The notes: a model not told the origin generated them from the letters alone. Positions 20,019 through 30,993 are shown, counted from the whole stretch's first letter. The stretch is DNA of 63,922 nt, filler included, from Deltaproteobacteria bacterium (GCA_030698575.1; 7 parts of 7 records of this genome joined end to end with filler, not necessarily neighbours in it); one strand, 5' to 3'. Numbers and translations: made by a program.

Positions 20019-20980
20019 CTAGCCTTCTTTGAAGCCCTCTTCGAAATCGTCATCACCCTTGTTCGGGGTGACGTGACTGCCGGAGGCGCGGGGGTTGACG
20101 GCTGCCTCGAGAACGCCTTTGCGTCTCGCTGCCGCTTCCTCCGCCTTCTTCGCTGCGGCCGCCTTTTCGGCGGCAGCGGCGGCCGCTTTCGCGGTTGCTG
20201 CTGCTGCGGTTTCAAACTTTTCGATCGAGCGAGCGATCACGCCGGCGCTGTTAGTCGACGCGAGCCTCGCCTGGTACTCCGGCGTCTGCGTCGCGAGCCA
20301 TACGCGGTACGGCGTCTTCGAATCTTTGTCGCCGACGACCTCTCGCCAGTCCGGGCGCGCGTCCTCGAGCTCTTCGCTCTGGATCGCGACCAGTCGCGCG
20401 GTCACGGTCGAATCGATCTCTTTCGGATCGGGTGCGGCGGCCGCGGCTGCTACCGGGGCGGTGCCCTTCAGCTTTCCGGCGAACGTCTTGAACGCCTTCA
20501 GCGCGAGGCCACCGAGCTCAGGGAACTCCTTCGCGAGGTCAGCGACGACGTCGTCAGTGACCTCGACGGCGTACCCTGCCGGTGTTGCTGCTTGAATCGT
20601 GGCAAGCGTGCGCTCCAGCCCGCCCACTTTACCGAATGCCTTGTCGAGCTCTTTGCGGTGGTCGGCCCGGATCTGGTCGACCTCTGCCGCCTTGCTCTGG
20701 ATATGCGTCCACTCCGTCTCCGTGATCTGACGGTACTTCGGCGCTGCCGCTGCCGCTGCTGCCGCGGCGTCGGCTTCAGCCTTGTCGGCCGCCTCCTTCT
20801 CCGCTGCTGCTGCTGCCTCTTTGGCTGCCTCGTCCTCGTCCGCCGGCGGGGTTTTTTCCGTGGGCGTACCGGCGAAACCGGCCTCGAAATCCGTCATCTC
20901 TGCCGCTTCCGCGGCCCGTGCTGCGGCTTCCGCCGCCTCGTTCTTCTGCTCGTCGGTGAGGACTACCTCTTCCGATTCAT
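20019..20980 (-). CDS. Putative phage scaffolding protein, 5' truncated
   Basis: Ala/Glu/Lys-rich coiled-coil product with DFEAGF/DFEEGF motifs and an RPDWREVV segment, directly upstream of the capsid gene. Confidence 0.6.
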
Positions 20981-21080
20981 NNNNNNNNNNNNNNNNNNNN
21001 NNNNNNNNNNNNNNNNNNNNNNNNTTAATTAATTAANNNNNNNNNNNNNNNNNNNNNNNNNNNNNNNNNNNNNNNNNNNN
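20981..21080. other. Artificial contig spacer
   Basis: N44-TTAATTAATTAA-N44. Confidence 0.99.
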
Positions 21081-23322
21081 CCACCTGCGCCCAGGCGCGC
21101 GTCTTGAGCCCGCAGTCCGGATTGACCCAGATCTGCTCGGGCTTCAGAACCTTGATGGCCTTTTCGAGAAGCGCCTCCATCTCCGACTTGTCGGGAACCC
21201 GGGGCGAGTGGATGTCGTAGACACCGGGGCCGATCTCGTTCGGGTAACGGTAGCGCACGAACGCGTCCAGAAGCTCCATCTGCGAACGAGAAGTCTCGAT
21301 CGAGATCACGTCGGCGTCCATGGCTCCCACGGACTCGATGATGTCGTTGAACTCCGCGTAGCACATGTGGGTGTGGATCTGGGTTTCGTCCTTGACGCCG
21401 GAGGACGAGATCTTGAAGGCCTCGACCGCCCAGCCCAGGTACGCCTCCCAGTCGGACTTGCGCAGCGGGAGCCCCTCGCGGAGAGCCGGCTCGTCGATCT
21501 GGACCACCTTGATGCCCGCGGACTCCAGATCCACCACTTCGTCGCGGATGGCCAGCGCGATCTGACGGCAGCTCTCGGAGCGCGGCTGATCGTCCCGGAC
21601 GAAGGACCACTGGAGAATCGTCACGGGGCCCGTGAGCATTCCCTTCATGGGCCTGTCGGTGAGCGACTGCGCGTACTTCGACCACTCGACCGTCATCGGC
21701 GCGGAACGCCAGACGTCGCCGAAGATGATCGGCGGCTTGACACCCCGCGAGCCGTAGCTCTGCACCCAGCCATGCTGCGTGAAGGCGAATCCTTCCAGCT
21801 GCTCTCCGAAGTACTCGACCATGTCGTTCCGCTCGAACTCCCCGTGAACGAGCACGTCAATCCCGATCCGCTCCTGGAAACGCACCGCCTTCTCGGTCTC
21901 CTCGCGGAGGAAGGCGTTGTAGCTCGCCTCGTCCCGCTTGCCGGCCTTGAACTCGGCGCGGGCCGCGCGGACTTCCTTCGTCTGGGGAAAGGAACCGATG
22001 GTCGTGGTGGGGTAGGGCGGGAGCCCGAGGAGCGCCATCTGCTTCTTGCGGCGCTCGTCATAGGGGCTCTTCCGGCGGGCCATCGATGCGTCGGTCTTCG
22101 CGAGCCTCGCCTCGACGTCCTTGTTGTGAATTCTCTTGGAAGTGCGCCGGCTCTCGACTGCCTTCTTGCTGGCGTCGAAAGCCGCCCTGGCCGCATCGCG
22201 CCCCTCGTTGGCCGCCGTCGCCAGCGCGCGGATCTCCGCGAGCTTCTGCTTCGCGAAGGCCAGCCAGCTCCGGAGATCGTCGTCGAGCTTCTCTTCCAGA
22301 TCCAGATCGACCGGCACGTGGAGAAGCGAGCAGGAGGGGCCGACCATGAGGCGGTCGCTTCCAAGCGCCTTGATCGCCGCCTCGAGCTGCTTGAAGGCTG
22401 CTTCGAGATCGGACCGCCAGATGTTGCGGCCGTTCACCAGGCCGAGGGAGAGCATCATCCCCTCGGGCAGTGTCTTCAGCGCCTGATCGAGGCTTCCTTT
22501 GCCGCGCACGAGATCGAGATGGATCGCGGCGACGGGGAGCGAGAAGGCGAGGGAGAGGTTGTCGCGAAGGTCGCCAAAGTAGGTTCCGAGGAGGATGCGT
22601 AGCTTGTTCGACACCGCGCCGAGGCGCGCATAGGCGCTCTTCACTGCGTCGTCGGCGCCCTTCGGCAGGTCGAGCACGAGGCAGGGCTCGTCGATCTGCA
22701 CCCAGTCGGCGCCCGCCGCGGCCAGCTTCGAGAGGATCTCCTCATAGACCGGAAGAAGCGCCGGGAGGAGCCGGAGCTGCGCGCCGGCGGCCTCGCCGTG
22801 CATCTTGCCGAGGAGCAGGAAGCTCACTGGGCCCAGCAGCACGGGCCGCGTGTGCACGCCCAGGGCCTTTGCCTCCTCGAACTCCGCGACCGCCTTGGTG
22901 GATGCGAGCCGGAAGGCCTGATCCGCTGCGAACTCCGGAACGATGTAGTGGTAGTTCGTGTCGAACCACTTCGTCATTTCCATGGCGGGGACGTCGAGGC
23001 CGGCGGCCTTGTCCTGCAGCCCCCGGGCCATCGCGAAGTAGGTCTTGAGCGTTACGGGACCCTTCTCGTCCGGGTAGCGCGAGGGAACGGCGCCCACCAT
23101 GCAGGCCGTGTCGAGCACGTGATCGTAAAATGAGAAATCATTGCTGGGTATGTGATCGAGCCCGGCTTCCTTGGCGAGTTTCCAGTGGCGCTCACGCAGC
23201 GCGCGCGCGGTCTCGAGGAGCGAGGCCTGGTCGATCTTGCCTCCCCAGAACTGCTCCAGGGCGCGCTTCAGCTCGCGGTGGGCACCCAGGCGGGGGAAGC
23301 CGAGGTTGGTGGCGAGGGTCAT
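21081..23322 (-). CDS. metE: Cobalamin-independent methionine synthase (last residues cut by contig end)
   Basis: NLGFPRLG..RELK, EMTKWFDTNYHY, PTTTIGSFPQT, HGEFERNDMVEYF, HTHMCY, WVNPDCGLKTR. AAGGAG RBS. Confidence 0.97.
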
Positions 23323-23393
23323 CGAGAGGGCTCCTTTTCGGTCTTTGAATCTAAAGGGGCCCGGAAGCCCCTTGAGGATGCAGGAAAGCACTG

Positions 23394-23422
23394 AAATTAC
23401 TGGCATTTGGGGAGACTGTCAA
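23394..23422 (-). promoter_or_regulatory. Putative sigma70 promoter of metE
   Basis: Minus strand TTGACA-N17-TAATTT about 70 nt upstream of the start. Confidence 0.65.
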
Positions 23423-23607
23423 TGACCCTGGGCGCCGGCCCTCAAACCGTCGCAAGGGCGGGCAGATGGCGCCTGCCCCGCCGCTCCGGAAAATCTGACC
23501 GGGACCCGGCCCCGCCTCAACCAGAGAGGGTGTCCGGCCGATAAGCCTTCGGTATCCGACTCCCAACGTCCCACGGCCGTTTTCTCAGAATCTCGAACTG
23601 GGTGCGC

Positions 23608-26577
23608 ATGGCTTCCGCCGACAGAGACAAGTGCCTGGCTTCGCTCCAGAAGCTCATTTCGCGAGGACAACCCGAAAAAGCCTCCAGGGAGTACGACGCG
23701 TTCATCGAGCGCATCCCGGGTGATGCCAACTTCCTGCTCAAGAGCGCCGAGATCTTCGAGCGCGCGGGTTACCGGGACCGGGCCGCCGATTCCTACTGCC
23801 GCCTCGCGCAGTCCTTCTCCGAGGCGGGTTTCTACCCAAAGGCCATCGCGGTCCTGAAGCGGGTGCTCACGCTCCAGCCCGACGCCCGCGCGGTGCATCT
23901 CGATCTGGCCGATCTGAACGAAAAGCTCGGTCATGTCTCGGAGTCCGTCCGCCACTACCAGAATGCCGCCGGCCTCGACGAGCGAAGCGGCGACAAGCGC
24001 CAGTCCATCGACATCCTCAAGAAGATTGCCGACCTCGGCCCTCCGGACGTGGAAAAGCGGCTCGAGGTCGCTTCGCTCTACTACCGCGAAACCTACGACG
24101 AATCAGGATACGAGCAGTTTTGCCACGCCATCTCCGACGTGGAGCCCGGCTCGCAGGAGTTGCTCGAGATCGCCCAGCGGATGTGCAAGGTAGCGCCGCG
24201 AGACCAGCGGCTGAAGCTCAAGCTCGCCGAGGTCTATCTCACGCGCCAAGAACCGAAACTCGCCCTCGAGGTTCTGGAAGGCGCAGCGCAGCAGTCCCGA
24301 TCGGGGCGCACCGTCGAGCTGCTAGGCGAAGCGAAGGCGCAGGCGGACGAAGCGAGCGAGGCCAAGGCGCTGTTCGAGGAGGCGGTCGAGCTTTACAAGT
24401 CGGAGTGGGATCACGGCAGGCGCCGGGAGGTGGTCGCGCGTCTGCGCGAGCTCGATTCGGTCGCCGAGGAGCGGGAGGTCGCGCCGCAAACTGGAAGCGT
24501 GTCCACAGCGGCGCCCGGTGCAGCAGCGCCCGTCGCATCTCCCGCGCCGGCTACGCCGGAGCCCACAAGGCCCACCGAGGCGCCTGCGCCCCTTCCATCC
24601 ATGCCGATCGAGGTCAGCCTGCGCGAACAGGAAAACTACGAACCCGAAACGCGGTCGGGTCCCGGCGCCTCGGTGCGTCGATCCGGAGACGTGGGATCTT
24701 TCAGCGAGTTGAGCCAGGGCGAGCGTGTGAGCGAGGACCGAAAGCTCGATCAGCGCCTGGGCAAGGCGGATGTGCTGTTCCGGAAGGGAGACAGCCACCT
24801 GGCGATCGCCGAGCTGGAGCAGCTTGCGCAAAACTATCCCCATCGTACGGACCCGCTTTTCCGGCTCCTCTGGATTCACGAACGCCTCGAGAATTTTGCC
24901 GGCCTGGCCCAGGTGCGGAGGCGGCTTGCGCGCGTGATGGAAGAGCGCGGTGACCACGCGCGCGCGGCCCGGTTTACGGCCGATGCCCACGCCGCCGATC
25001 AAAAGGCGGCGGAGGCCGGCCAGGCCCAGCCCCCCGAGGGAGCGCCCGCGAGCGAACATCCGGCCCCTGCGCAGCCCTCTCCGGTCGGCCGCGCTGTGCG
25101 AACCACCGTTACCGTGCCCCTCGACTCGCAGGCGAGCGGGCGAGCCATTCGCGGCCCTGACGGCGCGCGCGAGAGCGCCGCGGCCAGCCAGCAGATCGAG
25201 AGCGAACTGCGCCGGGTCGTCGAGAGCGGCGGAGATCCGGCCGAGCGGCAGGCGATGCAAAAGACGGTGCTCAGCACCGCATTCCGCCACGCACTCACCG
25301 GGCTTCCGATCCGCGCGCTCTTCATGGAGCGGGTCGATCAGGCGCTCGGGCGCGCACGGCGGGACTCGAACTACATCTTTGCGGTGCTGATGCTCGATCT
25401 GGATCGTTTCAAAATGGTCAACGACAGTCTGGGCCATGATGCAGGCGATAAACTGCTCGTGAGCGTCGCACGCCGGCTGGAGGACCACGTGCGGGAAGGG
25501 AACAGCGCAGCCTACCTCGGCGGCGACGAGTTCACGATCCTGCTGGGCGACATCAGCGACGCGAAGGATGCGACGAGGGTGGCCGAGCAGATCTGCAACC
25601 GGCTGTCCCTCGCATTCAACCTGGACGGGAAGGAGGTCTTCACCACCGCGAGCATCGGCATCGCGCTGGGGAGCGCCGACTACGCGAAGCCCGAGGATCT
25701 GATCCGCGACGCAGACACGGCCATGTACCGGGCGAAAGCCCAGGGGAAGGCGCGTTACGAGCTTTTCGATTCGGCCATGCACACGCGCGCGATCGCCCTG
25801 CTCGAGCTCGAGACCGATCTGCGTCGCGCGGTCGAGCGAGGCGATTTCCAGATTCACTACCAGCCGATCGTCGATCTCAGAACCGGCAAGATCGCGGGCT
25901 TCGAGGCGCTCGCGCGCTGGCTCCACCCTGACGGGCATCTGGTGCCGCCGATGGACTTCATCCCGATGGCCGAGGAGATTTCTCTCATCGTCCCCATCGA
26001 CCGCTGGGTCCTTCGCGAGGCCTGCCGTCAGATCCAGTCATGGCAGCTCCGCTACGAGTTCGACCCGCCCCTCACCATCAACGTCAATCTTTCGGGGAAG
26101 CACTTCGCCAAGCCCGATCTGACGGACTTCATAAAGTCGGTGCTGGCGGATACGGCGATCGATCCACGGACGTTGCTCCTCGAGATTACGGAGAGCGTGG
26201 TGATGGATAACATCCAGACCGCGCAGCTCATCGTCAGCCAGCTGAAGAAGCTCAACATCGGCGTTGTGGTGGACGACTTCGGGACGGGCCATTCCTCGCT
26301 CGCGGCGCTGCACCGTTTTCCCTTCGAGACCCTGAAGATCGATCGCGCCTTCGTGCACGGCATGAAGGAAACCCTGGCGAACGAGGAGATCGTCAAGACG
26401 ATCATCGCCCTCGCGAGGAACCTGCGCATGACCGTGGTCGCGGAGGGGATCGAGACCTCCACGCAGCTCGCGCGCCTGCGCGAGCTGGGATGCGAGTTCG
26501 GGCAGGGCCATCTCATGTCCAAGGCGGTGAACCATGAGGCCGCCAACATGCTTCTTCATCGAAACCCCACCTGGTAG
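23608..26577 (+). CDS. TPR-repeat plus GGDEF plus EAL cyclic-di-GMP signalling protein
   Basis: N-terminal TPR helices, DLDRFK.VNDSLGHDAGD and GGDEF, then FEALARW, LEITES, DDFGTGHSS, KIDRAF, AEGIET. Confidence 0.92.
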   Translation: MASADRDKCLASLQKLISRGQPEKASREYDAFIERIPGDANFLLKSAEIFERAGYRDRAADSYCRLAQSFSEAGFYPKAIAVLKRVLTLQPDARAVHLDLADLNEKLGHVSESVRHYQNAAGLDERSGDKRQSIDILKKIADLGPPDVEKRLEVASLYYRETYDESGYEQFCHAISDVEPGSQELLEIAQRMCKVAPRDQRLKLKLAEVYLTRQEPKLALEVLEGAAQQSRSGRTVELLGEAKAQADEASEAKALFEEAVELYKSEWDHGRRREVVARLRELDSVAEEREVAPQTGSVSTAAPGAAAPVASPAPATPEPTRPTEAPAPLPSMPIEVSLREQENYEPETRSGPGASVRRSGDVGSFSELSQGERVSEDRKLDQRLGKADVLFRKGDSHLAIAELEQLAQNYPHRTDPLFRLLWIHERLENFAGLAQVRRRLARVMEERGDHARAARFTADAHAADQKAAEAGQAQPPEGAPASEHPAPAQPSPVGRAVRTTVTVPLDSQASGRAIRGPDGARESAAASQQIESELRRVVESGGDPAERQAMQKTVLSTAFRHALTGLPIRALFMERVDQALGRARRDSNYIFAVLMLDLDRFKMVNDSLGHDAGDKLLVSVARRLEDHVREGNSAAYLGGDEFTILLGDISDAKDATRVAEQICNRLSLAFNLDGKEVFTTASIGIALGSADYAKPEDLIRDADTAMYRAKAQGKARYELFDSAMHTRAIALLELETDLRRAVERGDFQIHYQPIVDLRTGKIAGFEALARWLHPDGHLVPPMDFIPMAEEISLIVPIDRWVLREACRQIQSWQLRYEFDPPLTINVNLSGKHFAKPDLTDFIKSVLADTAIDPRTLLLEITESVVMDNIQTAQLIVSQLKKLNIGVVVDDFGTGHSSLAALHRFPFETLKIDRAFVHGMKETLANEEIVKTIIALARNLRMTVVAEGIETSTQLARLRELGCEFGQGHLMSKAVNHEAANMLLHRNPTW

Positions 26578-26725
26578 GCCCTTCCCGAGCCCTGTTTCCA
26601 GCCAATCCATCGTCGCATCTGTTCCGCACTTGAGAGCTTCCCGGGTTCTGGTATAGACACAATGGGTGACCCATGAGGCGCTCCCTTGCCGGCCGCGGCC
26701 GGGGGCAGCCCGGGAGGAGTCAGCG

Positions 26726-27604
26726 TTGAAAGCCTACCTCGACATCGTGCGGGAAGTGCTGGAACGAGGCACGCGGAAGGAGAACCGCACGGGCGTCGAC
26801 ACGCTCTCGACCTTCAACATCAACTACGAGATCGATCTTCGGGACGGATTCCCGCTTCTCACGACCAAGGAGATTTCCTGGAAGAACATCGTCGTCGAGA
26901 ATCTCTGGTTCCTGTCGGGGCAGACCCACATCGGCCTGCTGCGCAAGCACAAGTGCGCCTTCTGGGATCCCTGGGCGGATGAGAAGGGAGAGGTGCCGAG
27001 CGCTTACGGCAACTTCTGGCGGAACTTCCCCGTGCGGGAAGCGGGGCGCGGCGCCTTCAACGACCAGATCGCCTGGGTCCTCGAAGAGATTCGCCGCAAT
27101 CCGATGAGCCGCCGGCTGGTGGTGACCGCTTGGGAGCCGGGCAACGCGCAGCGGAGCCAGCTCCCTCCATGCCACTGCCTGTTCATCTTCAACGTTCAGA
27201 TCGCCGATGACGGCGAGCCCATCCTCTGCCTGCACCTCACGCAGCGAAGCTGCGACGTGGCGCTGGGGGTTCCCTACAACGTCGCCGGCTACGCCCTTCT
27301 GCTCGAGCTGTTCTCCCGCTTCACGGGCATCCGGCCGGGGATCTTCGCGCACACGCTGGTGGATGCCCACGTCTACACCGCCAAGCCCGACGGTTCGATG
27401 GCCGAGTATGATCACGTGCCCGGTTTGCGGGAGCAGCTCACCCGGGAGCCGCGCCTGCTCCCCCGGCTCTCCATCGATCCCTCCATCAAGTCGCTGGACG
27501 AGATCGCGAAGCTCCTCGAGGCGGACACCGGGGAAGTGATGCGCCACTTCGTTCTCTCCGGCTACGACCCCGAACCCCCCATCAAGTTCAAGGTGGCCGT
27601 GTAG
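26726..27604 (+). CDS. thyA: Thymidylate synthase
   Basis: ENRTGVDT, FPLLTTK, SRRLVVTAW, LPPCH, QRSCDVALGVPYN, DAHVY. TTG start after GGAGGAG. Confidence 0.96.
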   Translation: MKAYLDIVREVLERGTRKENRTGVDTLSTFNINYEIDLRDGFPLLTTKEISWKNIVVENLWFLSGQTHIGLLRKHKCAFWDPWADEKGEVPSAYGNFWRNFPVREAGRGAFNDQIAWVLEEIRRNPMSRRLVVTAWEPGNAQRSQLPPCHCLFIFNVQIADDGEPILCLHLTQRSCDVALGVPYNVAGYALLLELFSRFTGIRPGIFAHTLVDAHVYTAKPDGSMAEYDHVPGLREQLTREPRLLPRLSIDPSIKSLDEIAKLLEADTGEVMRHFVLSGYDPEPPIKFKVAV

Positions 27605-28092
27605 TGGCCTCCCGTCGCGGTATCATCGTCGCAATGTCGCCGGACCGGGTCATCGGCCTGGGTGGCCGCGTCCCCTGGCACTACCCTGCCGATTTGCGGC
27701 GCTTCAAGCTGCTCACTTCGGGCGGCACGGTCATCATGGGAAGGAAGACCTGGGAGTCGATCGGTGGAAAGCCGCTCCCCGGAAGGCGGAACATCGTCAT
27801 CACGGCGCGCGACCTCCGGGGCGTGGAGTGCTTTCCCGGCATCCCTGCCGCGCTCGCGACCTGTGAGGGAGACATCTGGTTCATCGGCGGCGCGGGAATC
27901 TACGCCGAGGCGATGAACCATGCGGAGTTCATCGACCTGACCCACGTTCCCGACCACGTGGAGGGAGAGGGCGCCGTGCGCTTTCCCCCCGTCGATCCCG
28001 AAGTCTGGGTCGAACGCGAGACCGTGGAGAATCCGGCCGACCCCCGCATTCGACACACGCACTACGACCGCCGGACCGACCGCACCCGCTGA
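27604..28092 (+). CDS. folA: Dihydrofolate reductase
   Basis: VIG..GRVPWHYPADLRRFK, IMGRKTWESIG, PLPGRRNIVIT, IGGAGIY. One-nt overlap with thyA. Confidence 0.95.
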   Translation: MASRRGIIVAMSPDRVIGLGGRVPWHYPADLRRFKLLTSGGTVIMGRKTWESIGGKPLPGRRNIVITARDLRGVECFPGIPAALATCEGDIWFIGGAGIYAEAMNHAEFIDLTHVPDHVEGEGAVRFPPVDPEVWVERETVENPADPRIRHTHYDRRTDRTR

Positions 28093-28272
28093 GGGGGCGC
28101 CGGAAAGGGCGGCACCCGTGCCGCGAGGCGGGGAAAGCCCCCGCATTCGAAGGCTTATCCCCGCTCTGAGGGCCTTTTGGGTTGCGTTCGAGGGGCAGGT
28201 AACCTAGCCTTTGCCGCGTTCATGCGGCCTCGGGGTGACACCCGCACCGCCCGGATCGGAGGCGGACGCTTC

Positions 28273-29226
28273 ATGGAAAGACTCCGCGTCGGGATCGTCG
28301 GCGGCAGGCGCCGACGGCAGGGGCTCGGCCCCTTCGTGGTGCGGTTCCTGAATCAGGCCGGCGCCGAAATTGGCGGGCTCGTCGGCACGCGCGAAGATAC
28401 CCTCGACAGCGCCATTGCGGATTTGAAAACGCGCTATGGCATCGAAGCCCGGGGTTACCTGACCCTCGAGGCCTTGCTCGAGGCCGAGTCGCCGACAGCT
28501 CTCGCCATCCTATCGCCGGCGAACACGCACCAGGGCTATCTCGATGCCGCGCTCGAGGCGGGGCTTCACGTCCTCTGCGAGAAGCCCTTCGTCTGGGGGA
28601 TCGACACGCTGGCGGAGACGAGCCGGCGGATCGTGCGGGGGTTCCGGGCGCGCCGTCTCAGGCTCCGGGAGAATTGCCCCTGGCCTTACACGCTTCCGGC
28701 CTATGAGCGGCTGCACCCGGGAGCGCTTTCGCGGGGGGTGGGCCGCTTCGAGATGCTGCTCTCACCCGTCTCCACGGGCGTGCAGATGCTGGGCGACGCG
28801 ATGCCTCACGCGCTCAGCCTTCTGCAGGCGATAGCGCCCGGGGAAAAGGTCACGCTCGGTCAGATTCATTACTCCACCCGGGCGAGCGATGCTCCGGAGG
28901 TAACCGTGGCCTTCCGGTTCCTGTCGGACGGCCGGGAAGTCGAGTCCGAGGTCCGGCTCCTGCGCCAGGAGCGCCAGCCTCGCGAGGCCGGCTACGGCGT
29001 CGACGGATGCTGGGCCAAACGCACGGTTCGGATGGAGGACTACGCGCTCTTCTTCGGGGACGGCGGCCGGACGGTCGAGGTTCCCGATCCGCTGGAGTTG
29101 CTGGTCGCCGATTTCGTGAACGATCTGGGGGACGCCGCCGCGGGAGACGATGAACGCCGCGGCGCGGAGATCATCCAGCGAATGCTGCTACTGGATCAGC
29201 TCACCCGAGCCTACGAGGGGTCTTGA
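28273..29226 (+). CDS. Gfo/Idh/MocA-family oxidoreductase
   Basis: VGIVGG N-terminus, SPANTH, AGLHVLCEKP. Confidence 0.8.
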   Translation: MERLRVGIVGGRRRRQGLGPFVVRFLNQAGAEIGGLVGTREDTLDSAIADLKTRYGIEARGYLTLEALLEAESPTALAILSPANTHQGYLDAALEAGLHVLCEKPFVWGIDTLAETSRRIVRGFRARRLRLRENCPWPYTLPAYERLHPGALSRGVGRFEMLLSPVSTGVQMLGDAMPHALSLLQAIAPGEKVTLGQIHYSTRASDAPEVTVAFRFLSDGREVESEVRLLRQERQPREAGYGVDGCWAKRTVRMEDYALFFGDGGRTVEVPDPLELLVADFVNDLGDAAAGDDERRGAEIIQRMLLLDQLTRAYEGS

Positions 29227-29263
29227 GAGAGGCCCGCGAGGGGCCAACCGTGAGGGAGAATCT

Positions 29264-30487
29264 TTGAGCCACACGATTCATGATTTCAGAGGGAAACTGC
29301 TGCAGCCGGCCCTGCGGGATCACATGCGGGCATACGTGGACTGGCGGAAAGCGCTCGGCACGGCACGGAAGGAAGGGAAGCCGGCGCCCGAGACCCCCGA
29401 TCTCGCGCCGATCTCCATCAATCTCGATCTCACGACCGCCTGCAACTACCGCTGCGATCACTGCATCGACTGGGACATCCTGAATTCGCGCCACAAGCAC
29501 GTCGAGGCGGAGTTGCGACGCTCGGTGGAGCGCATGGCCGGGCGGGGTCTCAAGTCGGTGATCCTCATTGGCGGCGGTGAGCCGACCCTCTATCCCGGCT
29601 TCGCGGGATTCGTCGAATTCCTGAAGGGCCTCCGGCTTCAGGTGGCTGTTGTCTCGAACGGGGGGCGCGGCAACCGGCTGCTCGAGGCCGCGGAGCACCT
29701 CGATGAGCACGACTGGATCCGCCTCTCGCTCGACTCGGGCAGCAACGACCTCTTCCTGGCCATGCACAAGCCGGTCGACAAGAAGCTCGATCTCGATTCC
29801 ATCTGCGAATGGATTCCGAAGATCAAGGAGCGCAACCCCCGCGTGAGGGTCGGTTTCTCCTACATCATCGTCTGGAAGGGCGCCGAGCGCTCCGGGGTGG
29901 AGATTCACGAAAACATCCACGAGATCGTCATGGCCACCGAGCGGGCGCACCGCTACGGCTTTGACTACATCTCGCTCAAACCCTTCCTCGAGCGATCGCC
30001 CGAGGGCGCCGAAGTGATGGACCCGACCCACGCCCAGGAAGAGCTCGATGCAATTGTTCGCCGGATCCGCGCCGAGGTCGATCGCGCCAAGTGCCTCGCG
30101 ACGGAGAAATTCGACGTCTACGAGAGCACGAACCTCCGCGTTCTCGAGGAGGGCAACTGGAAGGACTACACGAACCAGCCGCGCACCTGCCACATGCAGG
30201 CGCTGCGACAGGTTCTGACACCCACCGGGCTCTACAACTGCCCCGCCCATCGGGGCGAGCATAAGGCGCTGATTGCCGGCCCTCAGGCCTACTGCGACGA
30301 CGATGCTTCGCGGGGGACCAGTGAAGGGCTCCTGAAGATCCTCGACGGTTTCGACGCGAGCCACGAGTGCCGCGAGGTCACCTGCCTCTACAACGGGGTG
30401 AACTGGTGGATTGAAAAGATGATTGAGGATCCCCGCGAGGATGTTGATCTTCCGCTGGCCGACGAGCGGCTGGACTATTTCCTGTAA
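29264..30487 (+). CDS. Radical SAM protein with SPASM/twitch-like C-terminal cysteines
   Basis: CNYRCDHC (CxxxCxxC), GGGEPTL, WIRLSLD, and C-terminal CHM...YNCP...CREVTC. TTG start after GAGGGAG. Confidence 0.88.
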   Translation: MSHTIHDFRGKLLQPALRDHMRAYVDWRKALGTARKEGKPAPETPDLAPISINLDLTTACNYRCDHCIDWDILNSRHKHVEAELRRSVERMAGRGLKSVILIGGGEPTLYPGFAGFVEFLKGLRLQVAVVSNGGRGNRLLEAAEHLDEHDWIRLSLDSGSNDLFLAMHKPVDKKLDLDSICEWIPKIKERNPRVRVGFSYIIVWKGAERSGVEIHENIHEIVMATERAHRYGFDYISLKPFLERSPEGAEVMDPTHAQEELDAIVRRIRAEVDRAKCLATEKFDVYESTNLRVLEEGNWKDYTNQPRTCHMQALRQVLTPTGLYNCPAHRGEHKALIAGPQAYCDDDASRGTSEGLLKILDGFDASHECREVTCLYNGVNWWIEKMIEDPREDVDLPLADERLDYFL

Positions 30488-30684
30488 TACCCGTCCTTCC
30501 CAGCTGAACCCGCCACCGCGTATCAGCGCGTCGCGCTTCCCCGGTACTGGTAGTCGGAGAAGCTCGCGCGGCCGGCTGGGACGAACTCGTGTACGTCGGC
30601 CAGCCGGAAGCCGGCGTCGCGGATAAGATCGTCGATCTTCAGGCTAAAATTACTTGTAAAATCTGCCGGAGATCGGGTGCCAGG

Positions 30685-30960
30685 TCATTTCTGCCAGCCA
30701 GAGGTGGGGAGGGTCGTCAGGGCGAGCGCGTGGATCTCGCCTTGCAGGAGATCGGCGAGCGCCTCGTTCACGAGGCGGTGCTGGGCGAGGGGAGGCATCC
30801 CCTCGAAGCGGGCGGAAACGATCTTCACGCGGTAGTGCCCGCCGCCGGAGGCCGCGCCGGCGTGTCCGGCGTGCGCCGCGCTCTCGTCCGCGATCTCTAT
30901 GTGCAGGGGATCGAAGCGCTCCCGGAGTATCCGTTCAATCTTCTCGACTGTGTTCTTCAC
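30685..30960 (-). CDS. bolA: BolA-family protein
   Basis: DESAAHAGH, GGGHYRVKIVSARFEG..LAQHRLV, IHAL. Confidence 0.92.
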   Translation of the reverse strand: MKNTVEKIERILRERFDPLHIEIADESAAHAGHAGAASGGGHYRVKIVSARFEGMPPLAQHRLVNEALADLLQGEIHALALTTLPTSGWQK

Positions 30961-30993
30961 ATCACTCCCGTTCCCGCCGTCAGACCGGCGATC

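Noticed and set aside
23323-23600. Cobalamin or SAM riboswitch upstream of metE
   Set aside because: A near-consensus promoter sits only about 70 nt upstream of the start, leaving room for one small hairpin. No B12-box or S-box motifs were seen.
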